Shown here in pieces: positions 39,493-49,703 of a stretch of 64,000 bases of DNA. The stretch is from NCBI GenBank assembly GCA_963779415.1, contig CAVZYA010000001.1, positions 1,952,001 to 2,016,000 of the forward strand, given 5' to 3'. This stretch comes from an uncultured Acidobacteriota bacterium. GTDB lineage: Bacteria > Acidobacteriota > Thermoanaerobaculia > UBA5066. The notes beneath the pieces were generated by a model, which saw nothing but the letters and a program-made list of their open reading frames with translations, ran no database searches and had not been told where the DNA came from. Position 1 is the first letter of the stretch, and each line of letters begins with the position of its first letter. The translations under genes were made by a program, and so were the position numbers.

Positions 39493-39921
39493 TCAGCGAC
39501 GGCGTCGCCGCGGAGGGATCAGCGAGGCGAGTTCGTCGGACCCATCCCAGCTCCCGGCGATGCCCGCGAGCCCGGCTTTTTCGGCCACACTCCGCCGCAC
39601 CGCGGCTCGAGTGCGCTCGACCGCTGCGGCTTTCAGCGGTGGACTCGTCGCACGTTTCGACGGATGGGCTACCGTGAGCCGCCCGCGCCGCGCCATGCGA
39701 ATGGGTCTGTCACGCCAGGAATCCCGCTCCCGGTCCACGAACTTCTGAGGGTCGACACCTCGCCAGATCTCCTTGCCGAGACCGGCCAAGTCCGTCACGG
39801 TGTACTTCTTCCGCTTCCTCGTTTCGACGAGGACTTGCAGCTTCATCAGCAGTCGGCGCTGAGACTTCAGATCCAGCTTCTCGACGTTCTTCAGGACCTG
39901 TGCGAAGCCTGGCTTCGCCGT
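39493..39921 (-). pseudogene. Antitoxin-like remnants without a toxin
   Basis: Frame reads (ACG)AKPGFAQVLKNVEKLD...DLAGLGKEIWRGVDPQKFVDRERDSW, then GLAGIAGSWDGSDEL; ACG sits 7 nt after GAAGG. Confidence 0.45.
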
Positions 39922-39983
39922 GGGAATGCCTTCGAGTTCCCTTCATTCTCATGATAGCGCCGTGAAAGAACGGTTTCGCCAGG

Positions 39984-40568
39984 CTATTTCTTCCGCAACT
40001 CCATCAGCACCTGCTTCGCCACGGCCTTGAGCGTGTCGAAGACGCCGATGCCGAGCGGGGCGGTCGCCTCGAAGGTCGGCTCCCCCTTGAAGTTGAGGGC
40101 CCGGTAGAGCGTGTCGACCGGCAGGGCCGTCGGCAGGTCCCGCTTGTTGAGCTGGAGAACGTAGGGGATGGTCTGCAGGTCGAAGCCGTGCTCGACGAGG
40201 TTCTTGTCGAGGTTCCCGAGCGACTCGATGTTCGCGTCCATCCGCGCTTCCTGCGAGTCGGCCACGAAGACGACGCCGTCGACCCCCTTGAGGATCAGCT
40301 TGCGGCTCGCGTCGTAGAAGACCTGCCCGGGGACGGTGTAGAGGTGGAAGCGGGTCTTGAAGCCACGTACCGTCCCGAGGTCGAGCGGCAGGAAGTCGAA
40401 GAAGAGCGTCCGGTCCGTCTCCGTCGCGAGCGAGATCAGCTTCCCCTTGGCGGCGGGGTTCGTCCGGTCGTAGATGTACTGCAGGTTCGTCGTCTTCCCG
40501 CAAAGGCCCGGACCGTAGTAGACGATCTTGCAGTTGATCTCGCGGGCGGCGTAATTGATGAAGGTCAT
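39984..40568 (-). CDS. mglA: MglA small GTPase
   Basis: [36 protein letters not shown]. Confidence 0.96.
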   Translation of the reverse strand: MTFINYAAREINCKIVYYGPGLCGKTTNLQYIYDRTNPAAKGKLISLATETDRTLFFDFLPLDLGTVRGFKTRFHLYTVPGQVFYDASRKLILKGVDGVVFVADSQEARMDANIESLGNLDKNLVEHGFDLQTIPYVLQLNKRDLPTALPVDTLYRALNFKGEPTFEATAPLGIGVFDTLKAVAKQVLMELRKK

Positions 40569-41063
40569 CTAGTCCTTGAAGAGGTTGTCGATGTCCTCGT
40601 CGGTGATCTCGGCGAAGGGGGAGTCGAACCCCGCCAGGCGCCGGCTCTTTTCCGCATCCACTTTCTGCTGGATCACTTCGAAGATCCGCTCCAGCTCGCC
40701 GTTCGCCTTCCGGACGCGGAGACGGACGAGTCCGAGCGAGGAGCGCTCGTCGAAGATGACGACCAGGATGACCCGCTGTCCCACGACGGAGATGTAGACG
40801 TTGTCGCGCTCCCCCTCGTGGAAGAGGACCGGGAACTCCCGCTCGCCGATCAGGCGGGCGAGCCCGTCCGTGGCGGCGACGTTCCCCGCCGTCAGCGAGG
40901 CGAGGGAGGTCGTGTCGAGCGACTCCATGTCCCCCTGGGCCGCGATCTGCTGCCCGTTCTTGTCGACGATGAAGACGACCTTCGCCTGGGCATCCGCCTT
41001 CAGACGCGAGATCACGTCCTTGATGTGGCGGAACTCCTCGTCGAACAGGATGAAATCCGACAT
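40569..41063 (-). CDS. mglB: MglB roadblock/LC7 GAP
   Basis: VDKNGQ, SLASLTAGNVAA, LGLVRLR, ITDEDIDNLF. Confidence 0.95.
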   Translation of the reverse strand: MSDFILFDEEFRHIKDVISRLKADAQAKVVFIVDKNGQQIAAQGDMESLDTTSLASLTAGNVAATDGLARLIGEREFPVLFHEGERDNVYISVVGQRVILVVIFDERSSLGLVRLRVRKANGELERIFEVIQQKVDAEKSRRLAGFDSPFAEITDEDIDNLFKD

Positions 41064-41118
41064 GGGATGAAAGCACGCCAAGTCTAGCAGGGGGGGCCGC
41101 CGCCGGCCCGGGGAGGCG

Positions 41119-41718
41119 TCACAGCTCGCGCCGGTTCGTCACGGCCCGGGAGAGCGAGACCTCGTCGGCGAACTCGAGGGCCGCCCCGACCGGGAGGCCG
41201 AGGGCGAGGCGGGTCACCTTCACGCCGAGCGGCCGGAGACGCCGGGCGAGATAGAGGGCCGTCGACTCCCCCTCCACGTTCGGGTTCGTGGCGAGGAGGA
41301 CCTCCTCGAGCTTCGGATCGCTTTCGGAGACGCGCCGGAGGAGGTCCTCCACGTGGAGGTCCTCCGGTCCGATGCCGCGGAGCGGCGCGAGCGCCCCGCC
41401 GAGGACGTGGTACCGCCCCCGGAACTCGCGCGTCCGCTCCAGCCCCTCCACGTCGGCCGCCTCCTCGACGACCGCGAGGAGAAGCGGGTCGCGCGACGGA
41501 TCGGTGCAGAGGCCGCAGGGGTCCTCCTCCGTCAACCCGTGGCAGACGGAGCAGGAACGGATCCTCGCACGCGCCTCGGCGAGGGCGGCCGCGAGCGCCG
41601 ACGACTCCTCCTCGGGGACCGCGAGGAGGTGATGGGCGATCCGCCGGGCGCTCTTCGGGCCAATTCCCGGGAGCCGCTCGAGGGCCGCGAGGAGCCGTTC
41701 GAGGGCGGGGAGCCGCAT
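41119..41718 (-). CDS. recR: Recombination mediator RecR
   Basis: LPGIGPKSA, C4 zinc finger, YHVLGG, ATNPNVEGE. Confidence 0.96.
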   Translation of the reverse strand: MRLPALERLLAALERLPGIGPKSARRIAHHLLAVPEEESSALAAALAEARARIRSCSVCHGLTEEDPCGLCTDPSRDPLLLAVVEEAADVEGLERTREFRGRYHVLGGALAPLRGIGPEDLHVEDLLRRVSESDPKLEEVLLATNPNVEGESTALYLARRLRPLGVKVTRLALGLPVGAALEFADEVSLSRAVTNRREL

Positions 41719-41721
41719 CCG

Positions 41722-43596
41722 TCAGCCGTCGCGGCGGTCGTCGCGCTTGACGTCGACGATCTCGCCGCCGAAGAGGTCGATCACCTTCTTCATCTTCTCG
41801 TCCTGCGCCGCCCGCTTGCGCAGGTTCTCGCGCTCGAGCGCGGCCGGGTCCGCCGCGGCGGCCGCCGCCGTCAGGTCTCCGGCCGGAGGCATCGCCCCTT
41901 CGACGGAGACATCGGCGCGGCGTCCGAGGAGGGCGAAGGCGGCCTCCTCGAGCACCTTCCGGACGGAGGGCTCGGTGAGGCGCTTCTCGATCTCGGGGCT
42001 CGGCGGATCGAGGACGATCCGGACGCTCTTCCCCTCGATCGAGATCGACGTGTCCTCGAGGACGGCGCCCAGCGTCGCGTGGCGCTTCTCCACCTCGGCC
42101 CGGTACGCCCCGCCCGGGTCGGGCGTGTCGAGGGGCTCGGGCTCGATCTCGAGCGGCGTCAATCCGACGAAGCGGGGGGCCGGGGGGTCTTCTGCTTTCG
42201 GAAGAGACGAAGAGCGCGACGGGGTGCGCCGGGGCGTTTCATGCAACGCGGGCGCGACGGGGGAAGGACCTCCGGGGGTTTTCTTGGAAGGGGAAGAGGG
42301 GGGAGGAGCAGGGGCGCCGTTCGAGCGCACCGTGCCTCCGCCGTCTATCCCGCTCTCTTTCTCTTTCTCTCTGCCCCTCGAAGATATCCCCGACGTCTCC
42401 CCCACCCCACTGTAGGTCGAAGCGCTCTCTTGAGCCGAAAGAGATCCCTCGATCGGAGTCTTCCCCGAGAGAATCTCCTCGATCGGCACGAGGCGCGGAA
42501 GCTCGGCCAGCTTGAGGAGGAGAACCTCGAGGGCGAGCGCCGGCAGGTCGGTCCGCCTGAGGAGCGAGTCCGCGTCTATCAGGAGCGAGAGCATCCGGAG
42601 AAGCGTCTGGTAGGGCGCCGACTTCGAAAAGGCCGAGAGCCGCGAGGCCGCGTCCTCCGAGAGGCCGGCCGGCGGTTCCGCGTTCGGGTCGACGGCGCGG
42701 CGGACGGCGCCGCGGACGAGGGAAGTCAGGTCGCGGAGGGTCGCGCGCGGGTCGGCGCCCGCCGCTTCGATGGTCGCGCATCCCCGGAGAACCGCCCTGC
42801 GGTCCCCTTCGAGGAGCGCCGCGACGAGAGAGACGAGCGTCGAGCGGTCCGGCGCGCCGAGGAGGGCATCGACGTCGGCCGCGGTGACCGGCCCTCCGGC
42901 ACGCGCGGCCGCCTGGTCGAAGAGGGAGAGCGCGTCGCGAAGGCTCCCGGTCGCCGCGGCGGCGAGGGCGGCGAGGGCGGCAGGCTCGGGGACCGGGATC
43001 TTCTCCCGGCGCGCCACCTCGGCCAGGCGCGCGGCGACCTCTTCGTCCGAAAGGCGCCGGAAGTCGAAGCGCTGGCAGCGCGAGAGGATCGTGGCGGGGA
43101 TCTTGTGCCTCTCGGTCGTCGCGAGGATGAAGACCGCGTGCGCCGGGGGCTCCTCCAGCGTCTTGAGGAGCGCCTGGAAGGCCGCCGCCGAGATGGCGTG
43201 GACCTCGTCGATGATGAAGACCTTCCGGCGGTCGCGGACGGGGGCGAAGGCGACCACCTCGATCAGGTCTCGGGCCTGGTCCACCTTGCCGTGCGTCGCC
43301 CCGTCGATCTCGAGGGCGTCGATCGAGCGCCCTTCGAGGATCTCCGTGCAGGAGACGCAGGTGCCGCAGGGGGTCGGCGTCGGGTGGTCGGACGACGAGC
43401 AGTTGATCGCCGCCGCGAGCAGGCGCGCCGTCGTCGTCTTCCCGACGCCGCGCGGGCCGGAAAAGAGATAGGCGTGGGCGAGGTGGTCCTGCGAGACGGC
43501 GTTCGTCAGGGCGCGGACGATCTCCTCCTGCCCGACGACGTCCGCGAACGACCGCGGCCGCCATTTCCGCGCCAGCGGCACGAAGGACTCCCCCAT
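41722..43596 (-). CDS. dnaX: DNA polymerase III subunit gamma/tau
   Basis: ARKWRP, GPRGVGKTT, IIDEVH, LLKTLEEPP, SRCQ. Confidence 0.96.
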   Translation of the reverse strand: MGESFVPLARKWRPRSFADVVGQEEIVRALTNAVSQDHLAHAYLFSGPRGVGKTTTARLLAAAINCSSSDHPTPTPCGTCVSCTEILEGRSIDALEIDGATHGKVDQARDLIEVVAFAPVRDRRKVFIIDEVHAISAAAFQALLKTLEEPPAHAVFILATTERHKIPATILSRCQRFDFRRLSDEEVAARLAEVARREKIPVPEPAALAALAAAATGSLRDALSLFDQAAARAGGPVTAADVDALLGAPDRSTLVSLVAALLEGDRRAVLRGCATIEAAGADPRATLRDLTSLVRGAVRRAVDPNAEPPAGLSEDAASRLSAFSKSAPYQTLLRMLSLLIDADSLLRRTDLPALALEVLLLKLAELPRLVPIEEILSGKTPIEGSLSAQESASTYSGVGETSGISSRGREKEKESGIDGGGTVRSNGAPAPPPSSPSKKTPGGPSPVAPALHETPRRTPSRSSSLPKAEDPPAPRFVGLTPLEIEPEPLDTPDPGGAYRAEVEKRHATLGAVLEDTSISIEGKSVRIVLDPPSPEIEKRLTEPSVRKVLEEAAFALLGRRADVSVEGAMPPAGDLTAAAAAADPAALERENLRKRAAQDEKMKKVIDLFGGEIVDVKRDDRRDG

Positions 43597-43624
43597 TCCC
43601 CGACTCTACTAGAGAATTCCGCCG

Positions 43625-44405
43625 ATGAAGGCGGCGTGCCTCGCGCTTCTCCTCGCCGCGCCGGCCGCCGCGCAGTCGCCGTTCCTGACGGACGACGCGT
43701 CCGTCGCGCCTCGCGGCGGAATCCACATCGAGATCACGAACCGGTTCGACTCCCTCTCGCCGCACGACCTCCCGGCCACGAGCCAGTACACGGGGATCGT
43801 CGACTTCAAATGGGGGGCCCTCTCCCGTGTCGAGATCGGCTTCGACTTCCCGCTCCTCTGCGATCCACGGAAACGACCCCGGCCTGCCGCAGACGGTCAC
43901 GGGCCTCGGCGACCTCGACTTCTCGACCAAGGGGGTGCTGGTGCCCGAGACGGAGGGGCGCTGGTGGCCGCAGATCGCGTTCACCGTCGCCCTCGAGCTG
44001 CCGACCGGGAACCCCGACAACGGTCTCGGGTCGGGGGTGACCGACTTCGGCTTCAACCTGATCACCTCGAAAGAGGTCCTCGACGGGACCACCGTCTGCG
44101 CGAACTTCGGATTCACGTTGACGGGAAACACCCTCACCGGCGTCGAAGGGCTCCGACCCGGCCGCGGCGGGATCTTCACGGGAGGGCTCCTGCTGAAGAG
44201 GAGCGTCTCGAAGCGTCTCCAGCTCGGGCTGGAGGTGTGGGGCTCGGCGACGCAGGTGACCGTGGCCTACGGCTCGGAGCTTCGCGTCCAGGCGGGAGGT
44301 TCGTGGGCGCTCTCGGAAAGCGTCTCGCTGATTTTCTCGATTGCCGTCGGATGGCAGGCCAGCCCGCGTCTCGGGGGCTCGATCGGCGTCACGGCCGACT
44401 TCTAG
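43625..44405 (+). CDS. Outer-membrane beta-barrel (MetA-pathway/transporter-like), frameshift near 43855
   Basis: Signal peptide, PFLTDDA, GLGDLD, LPTG..GLGSG; terminal Phe. Confidence 0.65.
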
Positions 44406-44435
44406 AGTCCTCGAGGCGAATGCCGCCGGCGCCGC

Positions 44436-44546
44436 CCGATGAGTCCGGGCGCTCCCGCGGCGCACGGCCTGGCCTCCTTAGTGCTGCTTCCTTCCGGATC
44501 TGACACGGTTCGGAGAGGGACGTCGCGCGGGACCCGGACTCATCGG
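44436..44546 (-). ncRNA. ffs: SRP RNA (4.5S)
   Basis: Minus strand has GTCAGATCCGGAAGGAAGCAGC (domain IV); perfect 14-bp terminal stem; lies upstream of dnaX. Confidence 0.92.
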
Positions 44547-44647
44547 ACGGCCCCGGGGCGGCGCAGTCTACACCTGCCCGCCGGCACCCGTCGCCTTGCC
44601 GCCGCGCCTCTTGCTGCAAAGCCCCCGGAGGGCTAAAACCCTTGTGC

Positions 44648-46802
44648 GTGTCCGACGGGCCACTTCGCGTTTTCTTCCTCTGGCATTTCCACCAGCCGTG
44701 GTACGCCGACTTCGCCGGCGGCCCGACCCACCTGCCGTGGGTCCGCCTCCATGCCCTGAAGGACTATGCGGACCTGCCGCTCCTTCTCTCGGAGGAGCCC
44801 CGCGTGCCGCACGCCTGCAACCTCGTCCCCTCGCTTCTCGACCAGATCGAGATCCTCTCGCGGGGAGGGAGCGACTCGTTTCTCGACGTGGCACGGACGC
44901 CGGCCTCCGAATGGGACGGCGAGACCGTCGCGTTCGCCCTGAACAACCTCTTCTCCGCGCACCCGCGGATGGTCGAGGCTTACCCCCGCTACGTCGAACT
45001 GAAGGCGCGTCTCATGAGGGGCGGCGCCCCGCTCGCGGCGAGCGGCCTTGCGCGCTCGTTTTCGCGGCAGGACCTGACGGACCTCGTCGTCCTCTTCCAT
45101 CTCGCCTGGTCGGGGCACGCGCTGAGGTCCGAGCCGCTCCTCGTGAAGCTGAAGAAGCACGGGCATGGCTTCTCCGAAGAGGAGAAGAACGCCCTTCTCG
45201 ACCGGCAGAAGGAGTTCCTCTCGGACGTCATCCCTGCCTGGAGACGAGCCGCGGCGTCGGGAACGATCGAGCTGACGACGAGCCCGTACCACCATCCGAT
45301 CCTCCCGCTTCTCATCGACACGTACTCGGCGCGGGAGGCGGTACCGGACCTCCCCCTCCCGCATGCCCGTTTCGCCCGTCCGGAGGACGCCCGGGCGCAG
45401 CTCGAGATGGGGATCTCCTGCTTCGAGCGGCACTTCGGCTTCCGCCCCGGAGGGATGTGGCCTCCGGAGGGCTCCATCTCCACGGCCGCCCTTGCGCTGA
45501 TGGCCGAGGCGGGGGTCACGTGGGCCGCGTCCGACGAAGAGGTCCTCCTCCGGTCGCTCGGCAAGAGCACGCATCTCTTCGGCGAGGGGGACAAGGCGCG
45601 CACCGTCTTCCGGCCGTGGCGCCTCGCCCACGGCGCCTCGCCCGTCCTCTTCTTCCGGGACCGGACGCTGTCGGACCGGATCGGCTTCTCCTACGCCACG
45701 TGGGATCCGGTCCTGGCCGCCGACGACTTCGTCGCGCGCCTTCAACGCATACGCACGGCGGCCGCCGGCGAGGACCTCGTCGTCCCGGTCATCCTCGACG
45801 GCGAGAACGCGTGGGAGACCTATCCGGAGAACGGGGCGCTCTTCCTCCGCGCCCTCGCGCGTTCGCTCGCCGCGGCGGACGGAATCACCGTCGTCAAGCC
45901 GTCGGACGTCGTGAAAGTCGACCGAGCCCCGAACGCTCCGCGAACCTCGTCGCGGGCTCATGGGTGGACGGGGATTTCCGGACCTGGATCGGCGCCCCGG
46001 CGAAGAACCGGGCGTGGGACCTCCTCGAACGCGTCCGCGAGACGCTTGCCGAAGGCGTCGCCGGCGCGCCCGCCCTCTCGCCGCCGGAGATCCTGCGCGG
46101 CGGTGCCCCCGGTCCCGCCGTGGCGAAGGCCGCCCTCTTCGCCGCCGAGGCGTCGGACTGGTTCTGGTGGTTCGGGGACGACCACACGTCGGCGCACGAC
46201 GCCGTCTTCGACGCGCTTTTCCGCGCGCACCTCGTCACGGCCTGCCGGGCGCTCGGCCGCCCCGTGCCGCCGGAGCTGGAGCAGCCGGTGGAGCGACGGC
46301 TCGCCGCTCCCGCCGTCGTCTCCACCTCGCCCATCTCCCCGCACATCGATGGGCAAGCTCCCGACTTCTTCGAGTGGCTGGGCGCCGGACACCACGCCGC
46401 GAGGCCCCGGGGAACGATGGAGCGCGGGATCGGTCCCCTGAAGGAGATTCTCTTCGGCGGCGACGCTTCGGGCGAGCGCGTCTTCTTCTGTCTGCATCCG
46501 TCCGCGCCCCCGGCCGACGCCTCGCTCGCGGGCAAGCGCGTCCGGATCGTCTTCGCGGCACTGGACGGCGAGGCCCCCGCGGCGCACGAGATCGCCCTCG
46601 TCCCGGGACATTCGGAGCAGGCAGGCGGCGAGCTGGGCCTCGCGCGCGTGGCCGAGATCGCCCTGCCGAGGCCCGGCACCGCGCGGGCGCTCCGTGGCGT
46701 TCCGACTCTTCCTCCTCGACGGCGAGGGACGCGAGCTGGAGGCGATTCCCGGAAAAGGACTACATCCGCTTCGAGACGGCCCGCGTCGACTGGAGCGCGT
46801 GA
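44648..46802 (+). CDS. Glycoside hydrolase family 57 (amylopullulanase-like), frameshifted
   Basis: WHFHQP, PYHHPILPL, WPPEG, ILDGENAWE; then GSWVDGDFRTWIG and EASDWFWW in another frame; shifts near 45935, 46690, 46755. Confidence 0.85.
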
Positions 46803-49678
46803 GCGCTCGCGGCGCTCCGTCTCCCCCGCTCCACGCGCTCCCGCTCGCGGAGGCGCTCGCGCAGATCGTCGGCGCCGGGCGTCTCCGCTCGCGCCCGATC
46901 GACCGGATCGCCTGGGCGTCCGACGCCAGCTTCTATCTGCTCGTGCCGGAGGCTGTCGTCCACGCGGGGAGCGTTGGAGAAGTGCAGGCCCTCTTCGCCC
47001 TCTCGCGCGACCGGAAAATCCCTCTCGTCTTCCGCGGCGCCGGGACGAGCCTCTCGGGGCAGTCGATCACGGACGGGATCCTCGTCGAGGTCGCCCGCGG
47101 CTTTCGCGGCCTCTCGGTGGAGGAATCCGGCCGGCGGATCCGCCTTCAGCCCGGCGTCATCGGCGCGCACGCGAACCGGGCTCTCGCCCCTCACGGCCGG
47201 AAGATCGGCCCCGACCCCGCCTCGATCGCCACCTGCACGGTCGGGGGGATCGTCGCGAACAACGCGAGCGGCATGTGCTGCGGTGTCGTCGAAAACGCGT
47301 ATCACACGGTCGCGTCGCTCACCTTCGTCCTCCCCTCCGGGACCGTCGTCGACACGGCGCGCCCGGACGCGGACGACCTTCTCCGCGACCGGGAGCCGGC
47401 GCTCTGGCAGGGGCTTCTCGACCTGAAGGCGCGGGTCGAGGGGGACGAACCGCTCGCCGCGCGGATCCGCGAAAAGTACCGGACGAAGAACACGACCGGC
47501 TACTCGCTGAACGCCCTGCTCGACTTCGCGCGCCCCGTCGACATCTTCCGGAACCTCCTCGTCGGGTCGGAAGGGACGCTCGCCTTCGTGGCCGAGGTGG
47601 TCCTGAACACCGTCCCCGATTTTCCGTCGAAGGCGACGGGGCTCCTCCTCTTCCCGAACCTCCATGCGGCCTGCGCGGCGATCGTCCCGCTCAAGGACGC
47701 CGGGGCGAAGGCGCTCGAGGTGATGGACCGGGCGGCGCTCCGGTCGGTCGAGAAGCTCGCCGGCGTGCCCGAGGTCCTGGCGACCCTTCCGGACGGGGCC
47801 GCCGCGCTCCTTGCCGAGTTCCAGGCCGAAGCGGGGACGGATCCCGCCACTCTCGCCGAGGCGGCTCGCCGCGGCGCGGAGGGGCTCGCGCTCCTCCACC
47901 CCGCGCGCTTCACGCGGGACGCCGCGGAGCAGGCGCGCCTCTGGGAGGTCCGGAAAGGGATGTTCCCGTCCGTCGGCGCCGTCCGGAAGAGCGGGACGAC
48001 GGTGATCATCGAGGACGTCGCCTTCCCGGTCGCGTGCCTCGCCGACGCCGCCGTCGACCTCACGTCCCTCTTCCGCAGGCACGGCTACGACGACGCGATC
48101 ATCTTCGGCCACGCGCGGGACGGGAACCTCCACTTCGTCCTTTCGCAGTCGTTCCGGGACCGGGGGGCCGTCGACCAGTACGCGCGGTTCATGGACGACG
48201 TCGTCTCGCTCGTCGTCGCCCGGTACGACGGCGCGCTGAAGGCGGAGCACGGGACGGGGCGGAACATGGCCCCCTTCGTCGAGACGGAGTGGGGGCGCGA
48301 GGCGTACGAGGTCATGAAGCGCCTGAAGGAGCTGGCCGATCCGGACGGCCTCCTGAATCCCGGCGTCCTCCTGAACGCCGACCGGCGGGCGCACCTCTCG
48401 AACCTGAAGCCCCTCCCCGCCGTGGAGCCGGAGGTCGACCGCTGCATCGAGTGCGGTTTCTGCGAGCCGCTCTGTCCCAGCCGCGACCTGACGCTTTCGC
48501 CCCGGCAGCGGATCGTCGTCCGACGCGCGATCCGGCGGCTGGAGGCGTCCCGGGACGACCGGAGCCTCCTCGCCGCCCTCGAGAGCGACTTTCCTTACGA
48601 CGCCCTCGACACCTGCGCCGCGGACGGCCTCTGCGCGACCGCCTGCCCGGTGGCGATCGACACCGGCCAGCTCACGAAGCGCTTCCGGGCGGCCCGCCGC
48701 TCGGCGTTCTCGCGGCGGCTCGCGGCCTTCGTCGCCGCGCATTTCTCCCGCGCGGAGCCGCTCCTTCGGACGGCTCTCCGTGCCGGCCATCTCGGCGAGG
48801 CGCTGCTCGGGGCCCGCACGGTGACGGCGATCGCGAGAGGGCTCCGGGCGATCGCCGGCGAGGAGGTTCCCCTCTGGAGCGCCGGGATGCCGCGCGCGGC
48901 GAAGACGTCGCGGCCGAAGACCGCCGCCGCCGGAGCCGGCGCCGTCTACTTCCCGGCCTGCATCTCGCGGACGATGGGAGCGCTTCCCGGCGAGCCCGAC
49001 GAGATGTCTCTCCAGGAAGCCATGGTCGCCCTCGCCGGTCGGGCCGGCCTCCCCGTCTTCATCCCCGACGACGTCGACGGGATCTGTTGCGGCGTCCCCT
49101 TCTCGTCGAAGGGATACGAAGAGGGGCACGCGATCGCGGCGAACCGGGCCATCGAGCGCTTCTGGCGCTGGTCCGACGGCGGCCGTCTCCCGCTCGTCGT
49201 CGACACGAGCCCCTGCACCCACGGCCTGCTCCACGCGCGCGAGTCGCTGACGGAGGAGAATCGTCGGAAGCTCGACGCCCTCCGGATCCTCGACGCCGTC
49301 GAGTTCGTCCACGACCTGCTTCTCCCGAGGCTGACGGTGACGCGGAAGGAACCCTCCGCCGTCCTCCACCCCGTCTGCTCGGTGACGAAGATGGGCCTCG
49401 GCAAGAAGCTCGGAACGGTTGCCGCCTTCTGCGCGGAGCGCGTCGTCGTCCCCCCGTCGGCCGGCTGCTGCGGCTTCGCGGGGGACCGCGGCCTGCTCTT
49501 CCCGGAGCTGACGGAATCGGCAACGCGAGCGGAGGCCGCCGAGGTGTGCGCCGCCGGCGCCGCCGGCCACTGGTCCTCCAGCCGCACCTGCGAGATCGGC
49601 ATGACCCGCGCCACCGGCGCCGTCTACCGCTCCTTCGTCTTCCTCGTCGAGAAAGCCACCAGGCCGCCGGTGGCGTAG
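46799..49678 (+). CDS. FAD-binding / Fe-S oxidoreductase (Dld-II-type D-lactate dehydrogenase)
   Basis: FRGAGTSLSGQ, GSEGTL, GHARDGNLH, KAEHGTG, CIECGFC, CCG domains. Confidence 0.88.
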   Translation: MSARGAPSPPLHALPLAEALAQIVGAGRLRSRPIDRIAWASDASFYLLVPEAVVHAGSVGEVQALFALSRDRKIPLVFRGAGTSLSGQSITDGILVEVARGFRGLSVEESGRRIRLQPGVIGAHANRALAPHGRKIGPDPASIATCTVGGIVANNASGMCCGVVENAYHTVASLTFVLPSGTVVDTARPDADDLLRDREPALWQGLLDLKARVEGDEPLAARIREKYRTKNTTGYSLNALLDFARPVDIFRNLLVGSEGTLAFVAEVVLNTVPDFPSKATGLLLFPNLHAACAAIVPLKDAGAKALEVMDRAALRSVEKLAGVPEVLATLPDGAAALLAEFQAEAGTDPATLAEAARRGAEGLALLHPARFTRDAAEQARLWEVRKGMFPSVGAVRKSGTTVIIEDVAFPVACLADAAVDLTSLFRRHGYDDAIIFGHARDGNLHFVLSQSFRDRGAVDQYARFMDDVVSLVVARYDGALKAEHGTGRNMAPFVETEWGREAYEVMKRLKELADPDGLLNPGVLLNADRRAHLSNLKPLPAVEPEVDRCIECGFCEPLCPSRDLTLSPRQRIVVRRAIRRLEASRDDRSLLAALESDFPYDALDTCAADGLCATACPVAIDTGQLTKRFRAARRSAFSRRLAAFVAAHFSRAEPLLRTALRAGHLGEALLGARTVTAIARGLRAIAGEEVPLWSAGMPRAAKTSRPKTAAAGAGAVYFPACISRTMGALPGEPDEMSLQEAMVALAGRAGLPVFIPDDVDGICCGVPFSSKGYEEGHAIAANRAIERFWRWSDGGRLPLVVDTSPCTHGLLHARESLTEENRRKLDALRILDAVEFVHDLLLPRLTVTRKEPSAVLHPVCSVTKMGLGKKLGTVAAFCAERVVVPPSAGCCGFAGDRGLLFPELTESATRAEAAEVCAAGAAGHWSSSRTCEIGMTRATGAVYRSFVFLVEKATRPPVA

Positions 49679-49703
49679 AATTTAAAAATGAGACCTGACC
49701 CCG
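49679..49703 (-). repeat. REP-like GGGGTCAGGT element, left copy
   Basis: Reverse complement reads CGGGGTCAGGTCTCATTTTTAAATT. Confidence 0.5.

Noticed and set aside
42240-42460. Purine-skewed linker in dnaX as a programmed frameshift site or intein
   Set aside because: No A_AAA_AAG heptamer, long A run or intein termini seen; reads as a low-complexity linker.
44596-49698. 1700-aa ORF and the many other long Arg/Pro/Gly-rich ORFs in the track
   Set aside because: Shadow frames of real genes in high-GC DNA; this one holds only the frameshifted middle of GH57.
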